A DNA stretch of 63,927 nt, the filler included, from Globobulimina sp. (lineage: Eukaryota), in the NCBI GenBank assembly GCA_003354225.1. It is 33 parts of 33 records of this genome, joined end to end, with 100 filler letters (N's around TTAATTAATTAA, not from the genome) between each part and the next. Parts side by side here need not be neighbours in the genome. Positions count along the whole stretch, not along the records: positions 11,647 to 13,487 come from PIVH01011343.1; positions 13,588 to 15,428 come from PIVH01011344.1; positions 15,529 to 17,369 come from PIVH01011345.1; positions 17,470 to 19,310 come from PIVH01011346.1; positions 19,411 to 21,251 come from PIVH01011347.1; positions 21,352 to 23,192 come from PIVH01011348.1; 27 more parts are not named here. One strand, written 5' to 3'. The position numbers and the translations under genes were made by a program. Numbering within the stretch: the first letter of the stretch is position 1; every line of letters begins with the position of its first letter. The notes beneath the pieces were generated by a model. It saw nothing but the letters and a program-made list of their open reading frames with translations, had not been told where the DNA came from and made no database searches. This document shows, piece after piece, positions 11,651 through 22,208 of this stretch.

Positions 11651-12509
11651 CTAACAACTTACAGCCTCATACACTCGAACATAATCAATATAAAAATAAG
11701 CAGTTACGTTTGTTGGAATACCGCTAGTTCCACCACAATAACTGGCGCCACAAACAGCAGTATTCAATATAATATATTCTGGCTCATTGCCAATATGCGC
11801 TTCGTCGTTTGTTAATTTTCCAACATAATTACCATCGATCAACATGCTAATTTGTGTTGTATTCCATATTAATTGCCAAATATGAAAATCTTTGGAAAAA
11901 TCGATAGTTTGTCCAGCTGGTGGATACTTTGCAAAACCTTGTGAATATTTGGCAGCACATTCTGAGTCATCTGCCGTATTCCAATGATAAGATGTCGACA
12001 ATTCATTGTTATTCTCACCAATCCATTGTTCCATTATATCAATTTCTTGATAACATTGTCCTGACTGTTTTTGAAGCCATATAGCTGGCCAAGCATGTTT
12101 GAATTCCTCTGTTGGCAATTTTGCTCTATTTATATCATAATATATATATTTATAATTAATAACCGTTCATTTTCTATTGTTACCTGATCTCATATTTGCC
12201 GTAAACATGGGAAAATTTACCGCTTGATGTGACTACCCCGGAGGTATACGGATATGTAACATTATTTTTTGTTGTTGGTTGATATTTGGTTTCAAGCACT
12301 AATGATCCATTTTGTAAATATACATTTGCAGTTTCATATAGTTGCAATTCATATGGATATGCATGCGACGGATTGCGTATATTTGCCCAATTTGATGTAT
12401 TTAATTCTTTGCCATCAAATTCATCATTAAAAATTAACTTCCACGTTTGTGATGAACATGTTGTAAATACCATTAGCAGTGCTATTGCGGATAAAGACAA
12501 AGAAGACAT
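11651..12509 (-). CDS. Secreted GH16 glycoside hydrolase (laminarinase-like); intron 12126-12183
   Basis: Signal peptide, WKLIFNDEFDG, catalytic EIDIME, FHIWQLIW, YIDYVRVY; splicing restores EIR|AKLP. Confidence 0.93.
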
Positions 12510-12556
12510 GAAGATACTGAGTGACGAGTCAACAAAACTTTAACGTTTATTCAAAA

Positions 12557-13318
12557 ATGCAATCAAGATCAGTTAAACGTCGTTTGTCCAATAAAGACAT
12601 GCCAAATAGAAAAAGGATGAAAGTATCGCATGATAAAATTGAATATAAGTCATTGTATATTAATGATTCTGATGTTGTCGGATTATTGCAATTAGCAAAT
12701 GTTGGAGATACGACCGCAAAACAGATTATCAAACAAAGAAATATAAAACCATTTGAATCTGAAGATGATTTAATAAAACGTATTCGTGGTGTTACACATA
12801 AAAGCATTCAAAACAGTAATTTTAAATTAGTATTTGTCACACAAGTCACACAACAATTTAATAACATATTTGCATCATTAATAAATATTAAGTTATTGCA
12901 ACAGCACTCAACAGATACAATCAAAATTATAGCACAATTTGCTGTTGGTGAGATTAAAGAGTGTGGCAAAGCAAATTGCAACAATGAAATATCAATATTA
13001 GGTGGCTATGAACGAGAAAAGGGATGTTTTTGGTGGACTGTATCTGTTGCAGCAGAATTACAATGCTTAGCACATCCAAACCATTACACTTATTATGACA
13101 GACAAAACGATACAAAATTTTATATGAGGATTGACAGGAAATATGGAGATGCTTTTTATTGCAATGGTTGCACGGATATGTTGAGAAATTGTGATGCCTG
13201 TGGGAAAGCAGTTTATTTTGAGGATGATAGATCAACATATAATGTATGCTCAGGACGTCACTATAAAAGAGGCAAACTGTGTTTGGAATGTACTGTCTGT
13301 CAATTACATAAAACATAA
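12557..13318 (+). CDS. Helix-hairpin-helix (ComEA-like) domain + Cys-rich protein
   Basis: LLQLANVGDTTAKQIIKQR..PFESEDDLIKRIRGV; several CxxC pairs; basic NLS-like N-terminus. Confidence 0.65.
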   Translation: MQSRSVKRRLSNKDMPNRKRMKVSHDKIEYKSLYINDSDVVGLLQLANVGDTTAKQIIKQRNIKPFESEDDLIKRIRGVTHKSIQNSNFKLVFVTQVTQQFNNIFASLINIKLLQQHSTDTIKIIAQFAVGEIKECGKANCNNEISILGGYEREKGCFWWTVSVAAELQCLAHPNHYTYYDRQNDTKFYMRIDRKYGDAFYCNGCTDMLRNCDACGKAVYFEDDRSTYNVCSGRHYKRGKLCLECTVCQLHKT

Positions 13319-14022
13319 ATGAATTTCACTCTTCAAAATTAAAAATGTCTGAAAGTAGTAAACGGTTTTTTACGGAGTACAAAAACTCACTGCATTGCCT
13401 GTCCAATCACATGTTTTTGAATCAGTTCATGTTTCCACATTTGGCTGAATGTTCTTGGTACAATACAAAAATGAAAAACTGATTGATNNNNNNNNNNNNN
13501 NNNNNNNNNNNNNNNNNNNNNNNNNNNNNNNTTAATTAATTAANNNNNNNNNNNNNNNNNNNNNNNNNNNNNNNNNNNNNNNNNNNNGTTCGGCATTGAG
13601 GTTTGCTTTGGAGTAAGTGCGTGATGGAACGAACGCCTTTGTTTTTGTTTTGCAATTGTATGTAATGTGTTTTATGGAATTATAAATGGTGAAACCTGAG
13701 CGTTTGCATTCAATGAATTGCATCTTTGAGGTGATTGGGGGTTGTAATTTGCCATTGGTTCTTTTCCGGATTATAGTTAAGTGTTTGGGTGTTGCTGATG
13801 GACTAAGTTGGCTTTACTGCGTGTTTTTCTCTAGAAAATGCACTAAATGCAAGAAAACTATTTATGTGAAACGATCTTAAAACGCCACCTCATTATCACG
13901 GTTCATGTTTGTTGGAACGCAAGAGAAATATGTGGTATACAGTGGGGGTGGTTATCTATACATATCAACGACAAAAAAAAGATTTTCAAGGAAGTTTAGT
14001 AATCTTGACAAAAACTTGAAGA

Positions 14023-15428
14023 ATGGAACCTTTGATTAACTTCAGATTATCCATCGACAGATTAAACGAGAAAGAATTTGCATTATTTCGAAATAAATGG
14101 ATATCATTACTTGATAGAGATATTATTACATCTTTAATCTTCAACCATTTTTATAAAAATAAATCACAAGAAAATGATGATAATTACAATTTAAATATTA
14201 TTATGAATACGATCGCAAATATTATTAAACAACGGAAAAAACCAAAATCAAAACAAATTTCAATCCCTATCAATGAAACGGATGAAGAACCGATAAAAAT
14301 CATAAAATTGAATGAATTGCCATCAGAATTAATTGGTGAAATAAGTTCATTTTTGATATTGGGGGAACATACAAATTTTGCACTATCAAACCGACAGATT
14401 TATGTTTCATGCAATAATCCATCGCGATTGGTCCATTTTTGGTTATTTCCAGGCAGAGCCATCTCAAATGTTCGAACTAAATATCCATTAATTGAATGTT
14501 TTACATTTGAAGCAGACGCTTTGGCACTTTATATGATGGAACATCCAAATAATAATAATAATATCTTCAATCATTTGAATGTTTTGCAAAATATTGAATC
14601 CTTCATACAATATAATAATTTAATAAATTTAACAGCAATCACCAGATTATCACTATGCGGTGCCGATCCTGACCAGGAACCAATGGATATTTGTAAATAT
14701 CTGAGTCATTTCCCAAATTTACGATGCTTGGATGTACAGGAAATGCAGTTCACGCATAATAATAATGATGAGTTATTGCGTCAATTATTACCGGAACTAC
14801 GCGTGTTTTGGGCTGCAGATTGTACGAATTCAATGGTAAATAAAATGGTTTATGTGTATGGCGATCAATTGGAAGGCTTAGTGCTACAAAATCAAAATTC
14901 ATTAAACATTGATTCAAAAAATGGATTTGGAAAACTTATTGATTTATCGCTAAGTGCTCCATCCATAAAATCTATCCATAATATTTTAAATACAACAAAT
15001 ATTTTAAAACGATTTGCAATTTCAATGGTTCCAGAGACAAATTTAAGGTATTTGACAATATGATTTATATTTGGTAGACATAATACTTTGTAGCATATAA
15101 ATGTTGCACCAAATATAAATCATAATTATCTGAAAAACTCCGTGAAGTGCTAAGGAATTCGAAGTTGTGATATTAAAATTATTTAAAACGCAAAAATCAT
15201 TGGAATATATTGGATTTGAGATCGCCTATAATAATTGGCATAAAATTGCAAATATATTGAATACTGCGTTAGGAACAAATAAAGATAGAACGAAAAAAGA
15301 ATTTAGAATAAAATATATAGTGAAGGATACTCAACAAATTGAGATGAAAGAAATAAAAAAAATAGTTCAAAATTTGATAAGTTTAGTAAATGAGTTGGTG
15401 ACTAATGATTTTATGGTTGAGATTAAAT
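14023..15428 (+). CDS. F-box-like/LRR hypothetical protein (intron starting ~15048; 3' partial)
   Basis: KLNELPSELIGEISSFL F-box-like segment; LRR-like LSHFPNLRCLDV. Confidence 0.55.
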
Positions 15429-15528
15429 NNNNNNNNNNNNNNNNNNNNNNNNNNNNNNNNNNNNNNNNNNNNTTAATTAATTAANNNNNNNNNNNNNNNN
15501 NNNNNNNNNNNNNNNNNNNNNNNNNNNN

Positions 15529-15705
15529 AGGCAATGTCATCGTCGATGTTGGGGCTGTTTAGGGGGCTACACGATTCGCTATTACTGAGGCCGGGGGTAG
15601 CATAGCGACACTCCGTAAAAGCGCCGGTTTGATTGGGAAATCGAGCATAGGCGCCATTGCTGTCAAGCGCGGGCACATTGGCCCAATCAATAACCACGCC
15701 CATAT
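15529..15705 (-). other. GC-rich fragment resembling the end of a bacterial lamin-tail-type domain, in frame with the preceding gene
   Basis: Abrupt GC rise; IDWANVPAL..NGAYARFPNQTGAF...ATPGLSN resembles the SYGRxPDGxG...TPGxxN motif. Confidence 0.45.
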
Positions 15706-17097
15706 GAATCAATTCGAGCATACCCGTAATAAAGGTGAAAATGAGTGAACTAATCATAGCTTTTTGTTGTTTTGTTTTAAAACGTTTAATACCGACAGAT
15801 ACACATAATATTATTTTCAATACGTCAACAACGGATACAATTTGTTCAAACTTTCGAAATACAAATCGAAGTTTTGTTACCCGCTGAGTCCGACAGCATT
15901 TTGGAAAGCAAGAATCTGCATTTTCAAATTTGCTTCGATCATAACAATAACACCAGGTAACAAACAATAAAAAGGTAGTAAAAATATCGCCCACAGCTAT
16001 GATATATAGACACATAATTTCCAACCAAATATCATTACCCATATTTCCCCCATCAGTGTCGGAGGATGTAATAAGTAGTTGGATTATTACAACCAAACTC
16101 ACAAACCTACTGATCATCAGCTCTGCGATATCATGAGTCAACTTCAAATATTCAAGTTTTTGTCTCGAATGCATTACTGACGACGGTGCTAATATTGGAT
16201 ATAGCTCCATCGCTTTGAGAGTGGAGGCATTGACAAATTCTTGAAAGGTGACTGGAAGAGAAAACATGACGAATGTGTTAGTTACACTGTTTTCATGTTG
16301 TTGTTGACTGGTTGCTGCACAACAGTCATGAATAGTAATTATATTATATCCATATTCGTATCCGGTTCGCATTGTACTTTCCACGCAACAGTTGGTTAAT
16401 AAACCACAAATGGCTAAATTAACAATACCCAGACTTTGTAGAATATCATCCAGATTCGTACCTGCAAATGTATCCAATCCATGTTTACCTTTTACAACAT
16501 GCTCCTCTGTTTTTGGTTGCATCGGTTTATGAAAGCGAGCGCCCCAATTTTTACTGCCAAATGCTTCGTTGGTGGCAACATTATATAATACGCCATATCT
16601 ATTTGCGTTTTCTTCATACTCTGCACAATACGTAATGGGCGCATGTATTATATGCATTTTGTGTTTTCTTGCATATTCTAATAATCTTTTTGATTTGGCC
16701 AACATATCTTGCCTTTTTAATTCAGATTTAACAGCTGCATACAAAGCACCATCCTCATGTACAAAGTCGTTTTGATATTCTATAAATAATATAGCTGTAT
16801 CTGATGGATTTAACGAACCCCCAATACTGTTTGTTGTAGGTTCAGTGGATTCAGGTTCTTCGGATATTGCCTCGTTTTCAGTCTTATTTACGAGGTTAAC
16901 GTTGTTTGTCGACAGTAGTTTGTTGAAAGTAGGTTACATACATTTATTATTATGTTATTGTCGTGCTTTGGTTGATCTGCCTCATCGACAGATGTTGTTG
17001 ACACCATATTCTGCTTTGGTGCAGATTCATTATTGTCGTCAATGTGATACACTTGTTCAGCTTCCATATATTCTTTTAGTTTGGTTTCTATTTCCAT
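15700..17097 (-). CDS. Isochorismatase/cysteine hydrolase domain fused to a ~4-TM region; one intron (~16883-16943)
   Basis: AILFIEYQNDF, KGKHGLDTFAGTNLD, GLLTNCCVESTMRTGYEYGY, then hydrophobic helices. Confidence 0.85.
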
Positions 17098-17544
17098 TTG
17101 TTGATTTTGTTCGTGTAGTTTGAGCGTAGTCTGGTTGAGTATTAAAATTAAGAAAAAAATGTCGGCTCTTTTTTATCCTTTGAAATCTGAACCTAAATCA
17201 TGTCAGCATTATTGCTAATATCCTGCATTGTCACTATACATTTATGTACGCTGAATCGTGCCTGCACACCATGCAGCATATCAGAAGTCCGTCCATTCCA
17301 TCAATCATTTTTGTGTTCAAATACTATACGTAGATCATAAATAGTTAGGTTCAATTGATTTAAACACAGNNNNNNNNNNNNNNNNNNNNNNNNNNNNNNN
17401 NNNNNNNNNNNNNTTAATTAATTAANNNNNNNNNNNNNNNNNNNNNNNNNNNNNNNNNNNNNNNNNNNNATTTCCTTATTTTATCTTTATTTACATTTTT
17501 AAATAAAACTTGGTGTCATAGTCGTTTAAATGATGTAATATGTA

Positions 17545-17552
17545 TATAAATA
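17545..17552 (+). promoter_or_regulatory. TATAAATA, T4 gp55-type late promoter consensus, ahead of an AGGAG ribosome-binding site
   Basis: Exact match 22 nt upstream of ATG 17575 on a T4-like contig; could be chance in AT-rich DNA. Confidence 0.4.
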
Positions 17553-17574
17553 AAAAATTAAAAAGGAGATTAAA

Positions 17575-18618
17575 ATGTTTTTATCAAACATGCACAATGA
17601 TACAAAAGAAATTATGAAATTAGCCGTTGAGAAATATCCGAACCATTACATTAGTACTCCGTACTCGCCATTACACAATAATCCAAATTATTATTCTATT
17701 TATCAAAGACGAAGTGATGATGCTACAGATTTTTGGAATTATTTTGAAAAATTAAAAAAATATTTATTATACAAAAAATTTATTAAGAATGGTGAATTTC
17801 ATGTTGTGAAATTTGATAGTAAAGATTCTGTTAAAGGAACAACAATTTTTAAAACTGATAATTATAACTGGGAAGATGCAGATGAATATTATGTTGGATA
17901 TCGAACAGATTCATGGTGTAAGGAGGACTTTAAACCATTAACTATTGAGGATATTAAACTTTTAGAAAGTAACTTAACCGAAAAGGAGAAAGAACCAATG
18001 ACAAAGTACAAATTGATCAAACCTCTATCAGGAAAACTTATTATTGCAAATAATGGATGTGAAGATGAAACAATTAAGTTCATCAACAAATTTGGGTTGA
18101 AAAAAGAAATCGAATGGACAAAGGAAAATGAAGATTATTGTCTAAAACAGGATGGTTGGATTCGATTTTTTGTTGATAAAAGATTTATTGAAGAAAATAA
18201 AATTGAAGTTGATAAAGATAAATTATATTTTTGGAAATTTGATGAAAATACGGTTGTAATATTAAACAAAAGAAGTTTTGAAAAATGGACCTGGGACAGA
18301 ATATTGAATACATCGAGATCTAACGTTGATACAAATGATACAGTTTTTTGTAATGATATTTTTTCATCAATGGAATCGGCAATATATTATGCCGAAAATC
18401 ATTACAAAACTTCTTCTGTTGATAAATTTGATAGCACAATTGAAGCAATTAATTTTCATTTTCCTGAAGAAAAAAAGGAACAAACAAAAGAAGAGGATTT
18501 TAAAGAAATGAAAAAATTATGTGAAAAGTATAATATTGAAATTGATTGTGGTGATTCAGGGTTAGAAGATGAATGTGACGGAATACCTTGTAGAGAATGT
18601 CCAGCAGGAATTAGATAA
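17575..18618 (+). CDS. Phage hypothetical protein (347 aa)
   Basis: AAGGAG Shine-Dalgarno, no introns, convergent with a terminase gene; C-terminal CDGIPCRECP. Confidence 0.8.
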   Translation: MFLSNMHNDTKEIMKLAVEKYPNHYISTPYSPLHNNPNYYSIYQRRSDDATDFWNYFEKLKKYLLYKKFIKNGEFHVVKFDSKDSVKGTTIFKTDNYNWEDADEYYVGYRTDSWCKEDFKPLTIEDIKLLESNLTEKEKEPMTKYKLIKPLSGKLIIANNGCEDETIKFINKFGLKKEIEWTKENEDYCLKQDGWIRFFVDKRFIEENKIEVDKDKLYFWKFDENTVVILNKRSFEKWTWDRILNTSRSNVDTNDTVFCNDIFSSMESAIYYAENHYKTSSVDKFDSTIEAINFHFPEEKKEQTKEEDFKEMKKLCEKYNIEIDCGDSGLEDECDGIPCRECPAGIR

Positions 18619-18624
18619 AAATCT

Positions 18625-18661
18625 AACATTCTATGTTAGAAAAAATCTAACATAGAATGTT
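18625..18661. terminator. Perfect 16-bp inverted repeat between convergent phage genes; candidate bidirectional terminator
   Basis: AACATTCTATGTTAGA-AAAAA-TCTAACATAGAATGTT fills most of the 45-nt intergenic gap. Confidence 0.6.
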
Positions 18662-18663
18662 TT

Positions 18664-19310
18664 CTAAAAACTATTCGAAAATCCGTCTTCATAATCTTCA
18701 CCATCATGAATGAATACAGGAAGTAAATCATCTTTTTCAATAACAACATCCGAACTTCTCATTGTATATTCATCAACCCACCAATCTATAAATAATTCTT
18801 GATTCAACAAATAAGCAAATAAAATAAATGGAACAACAAGATCATCATGACATCCTGTATCTGCTTCATATGAACTTTTCTTAGAAACAAATGTAGACAA
18901 TTCATTTATTGTATCGAAATCAACAATTTCAAATTTATCATTTTCAATAAATTTCTTCAAATATGCACAACCTCGTTTTTTTGTTTTGGTTGTCATTCTT
19001 AAACCAATTTCACCAATTTTTTCAAGATCAAAAAATATGTTTTCATATTCTAATTCTTCATTCAATTCATTTAATGATTCTTTTCCTATATTAGATTCAC
19101 CAATAACTAAACCTTCATTATAATATTCACCTATAGCATTTTTAATTTGAGCAAACTCTCTTGGTTTAGATGTATTGTCTTTATATGTTCCTACATGTTT
19201 AAAATTATCATCTACTTTTTTCATTATTTGTATAGAAGAAGAATCTTGATCTAATCCTTCACCGTAATCACACAACAAATAATAAACAGCATCTTTTTGT
19301 GGATATTCAT
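18664..19310 (-). CDS. T4 gp17-like terminase large subunit, C-terminal nuclease domain (5' partial)
   Basis: DYGEGLDQDSS, YYNEGLVIGESNIG, GLRMTTKTKKRGC..LK, TINELSTFV..SYEADTGCHDDLV. Confidence 0.92.
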
Positions 19311-19410
19311 NNNNNNNNNNNNNNNNNNNNNNNNNNNNNNNNNNNNNNNNNNNNTTAATTAATTAANNNNNNNNNNNNNNNNNNNNNNNNNNNNNNNNNN
19401 NNNNNNNNNN

Positions 19411-21036
19411 AAAGAGCCAGAAATAATATTTTATGCGACAGGAAAGGATGGCAAAGCAATAAAGTTACATAACAGAATTGCATCGATACCCATCTCATTT
19501 GGAGGGAAGGCATTTGCAAAAGAATTGGAAGAAGAGATGAAACATAAAAGCGATGAAGAGATCATTGCATTGGCTCCATTCCAAATAATTGGACGTGGCA
19601 TCGCAGGAATTGACGAAATGTCCAAAGCAATGGATGATAATCGTTTATTTTTTGGTTTGTTACAGATTCAAATCGGTGACGGCACCTTTGCGAGATTTAA
19701 AAATATATTCATCCACTTTCAAGGAGACAGTTAATTAATAATTCATAATATGCACATTTTGACAAATAAATACATAAATAATATATGCAATAAAATTAAA
19801 GAGATGAAGGCGTTGCAGCGAGCGAGAGCTAATAAGAAATTGGGAGTCGCCAAGGAATTAATCGGTCATTGCCATGCTCCGCTAATTGTATGTAACCAAA
19901 AGTCATTTACAGTGGAATTTGTGTTCAATGCATTGCGGCGAATATTTGAATCCGATAACATTGTTTATCAAAGCGACCAGAAACGAAATGATTTGCTCAC
20001 TGTATGCTATATTAATATTTTTGTGTATACATTTAATAATTTTGTGTAAAAACGTTTGTTTTGTATACAGTTAAAAAATAATTATCTGCTCCGAATGGAA
20101 AACGTCAAAGTCGCAGCGGAACAGGAACGCAAACGGTTAATTGTGGAAAAAGTGAGATTAAAACGAGAGGCCAAAGAGAAAGCCGTCGAGGAGGAAAGAG
20201 GGAAATTATTAGAATTACAACGTGAATCTGCTCAAAAAAGGCGAGAAATGGAAGCAGAGAAAAAGAGGAAAGGCGAAGAAGAGAAAAGACTGCGATCTGA
20301 AACAGAGGAAAAGGAAAAAGAAGAAAAAAGATTGCCGTTACCAGCTAAAAAAAAGAGAAAAGGCAAGAAATACAACAAAAAAAAGGAGGATTGGAGCGAT
20401 GCCACGCCGTGGACGGGACAGCGTGTTTTGGCCGCCATTCACGCGGAAATCTCTCCATTTAATTGGGGATTATTCAAACCGTCACAGAAAGAGATCAAAG
20501 CAATAAAATGGGGGCACGGATCGCTGAATGTGTTGCGTGAGGAATTGAAGGATGACGAGGTGTTGTACGGATTAATGAGATTATCCTTTGGCTCTGACAG
20601 ATTTCGGCGCAGTCACTGGGTTTATTTCTTGTGGACTCCCGATACGATGTCGCAGCTACACAAAAAGAATCGGCTCCGAATGAAACACGTGAGTTACAAT
20701 GGAAAGATGCAGCATTTGTTGGCGCCGTGGACCATATCCTTGACAGTGGAGACAAAGCAAAAAGTGACCATAAATGATTGGATTCTGCGCGTCAAGAAAA
20801 CAGTGGTCGTGGATGGCGGAGACGACTTATTTTCGGAGGAAACCTTTGAAAAAGCACTGCGCGCTGAAACCGAATATATCGATAAATTGAAAGACAAAGA
20901 ATTCAAACTTAGGCAGCAAAGAAAGGCCAAACAGGAAATGCAGAAAATTGCAGAAATGGAGGAAGCGAATCGGAAAAGGATAGAAAAAGCAAATCAAAGA
21001 CAAAGTAATGCGTTCACAAAAATAGAATTGAAGCAA
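19411..21036 (+). CDS. Multi-ADF-H (coactosin/drebrin-like) actin-binding protein with coiled coils; introns; partial
   Basis: Two ADF-H-like blocks: GRGIAGIDEM..DDNRLFFGLLQI..RFKNIFIHF and GHGSLNVLREELKDDEVLYGLMRL..VYFLWTPD. Confidence 0.7.
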
Positions 21037-21077
21037 GTGCTAAATTCTCCGATAAAAATAATAATAAAAAAACAAAA

Positions 21078-21127
21078 TGTGATGATTGGGATTTGAACCC
21101 AAAGCGCCGTGAATAGTGCGTCATCAC
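21078..21127 (-). other. tRNA-like minihelix (acceptor stem + T-arm, no D-arm)
   Basis: GTGATGA-(18 nt)-TTGGG-TTCAAAT-CCCAA-TCATCAC-A on the minus strand. Confidence 0.5.
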
Positions 21128-21357
21128 TCATTTTTTTTTAATATTCCACCAATGATCGTAATGATCGATTCGATAATAAATAGCATAGCTTCCATCGTCA
21201 GAACAGGCCGCAATAAACATGCCATTCGCTGAGAATTTGACGTCATTCACGNNNNNNNNNNNNNNNNNNNNNNNNNNNNNNNNNNNNNNNNNNNNTTAAT
21301 TAATTAANNNNNNNNNNNNNNNNNNNNNNNNNNNNNNNNNNNNNNNNNNNNAATACT

Positions 21358-21999
21358 TCATTTGTCTTTATTTCTCTCTCTTAATTCAATGGTTGTTAAT
21401 TTTACGAATGTCCAAAATATATAAGCAACCAAACCGGCTCCAATTGCTATTATAAGACCAAAAACAGTGGCTGTGACTTTGACAAATACGCCATCAAGCA
21501 ATGACCATAAATATATTCCAGCTGCAACATTAAATAAAATTATGCCTAAGAATGTTAACCAAATTCCAATATTTTGCACCAAAAAAACAGTGGTATTTTT
21601 CAAAAAAATATGAATGGATTCCGTATACTCCCCAGATGTCATCAATTTTAAGGCATAATACATGACAGAACCAATCGTCATTCCTATACCTGAAGTTGCG
21701 ATGGAAAGCGATAACAAAAAAATGAATGCATTGAAAGTTTTAGCACCCAAATCTAAATTTTTGTCAATTGAAAATAATGCAGTTACAGCAAATCCGAATG
21801 TTAACATTCCAATTATTGCAAGTTGAGATAGGGCCTCTGCTCTGTCACTGGCTGCAAGGATAGGATCATTACCCACCAACCCATATTTCTTAACATCATT
21901 GCCAGCGATAACATTAAGTGCATCTTGCGCATCATACTCTTCTTTTTTTTCTGTTGTTTTTTCGATCAATTCAGTTCTTTTTGTTTCTTGTGACTCCAT
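21358..21999 (-). CDS. Four-TM membrane protein with Orai-like topology
   Basis: TM1 LAIIGMLTFGFAVTAL resembles Orai SALLSGFAMVAM; TM3 LGIILFNVAAGIYLW; four hydrophobic helices. Confidence 0.45.
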   Translation of the reverse strand: MESQETKRTELIEKTTEKKEEYDAQDALNVIAGNDVKKYGLVGNDPILAASDRAEALSQLAIIGMLTFGFAVTALFSIDKNLDLGAKTFNAFIFLLSLSIATSGIGMTIGSVMYYALKLMTSGEYTESIHIFLKNTTVFLVQNIGIWLTFLGIILFNVAAGIYLWSLLDGVFVKVTATVFGLIIAIGAGLVAYIFWTFVKLTTIELRERNKDK

Positions 22000-22208
22000 T
22001 GTAGTGTGAGTATTTTAAAAAGAACGGTTATTCGCAAGCTAAAGGAAAAACTTCACCACTTTTCAGGATATGTGAGGGTCTTTTACGTACCGAATACACA
22101 ATTTTAATTTTTATAATATTTCAATCTACAAACAAAAAACGATTGTTTTAGAAAAATACACTGTCGTAATCAAACAAAAAAAAAATATATATATTGTACG
22201 CGCACACT

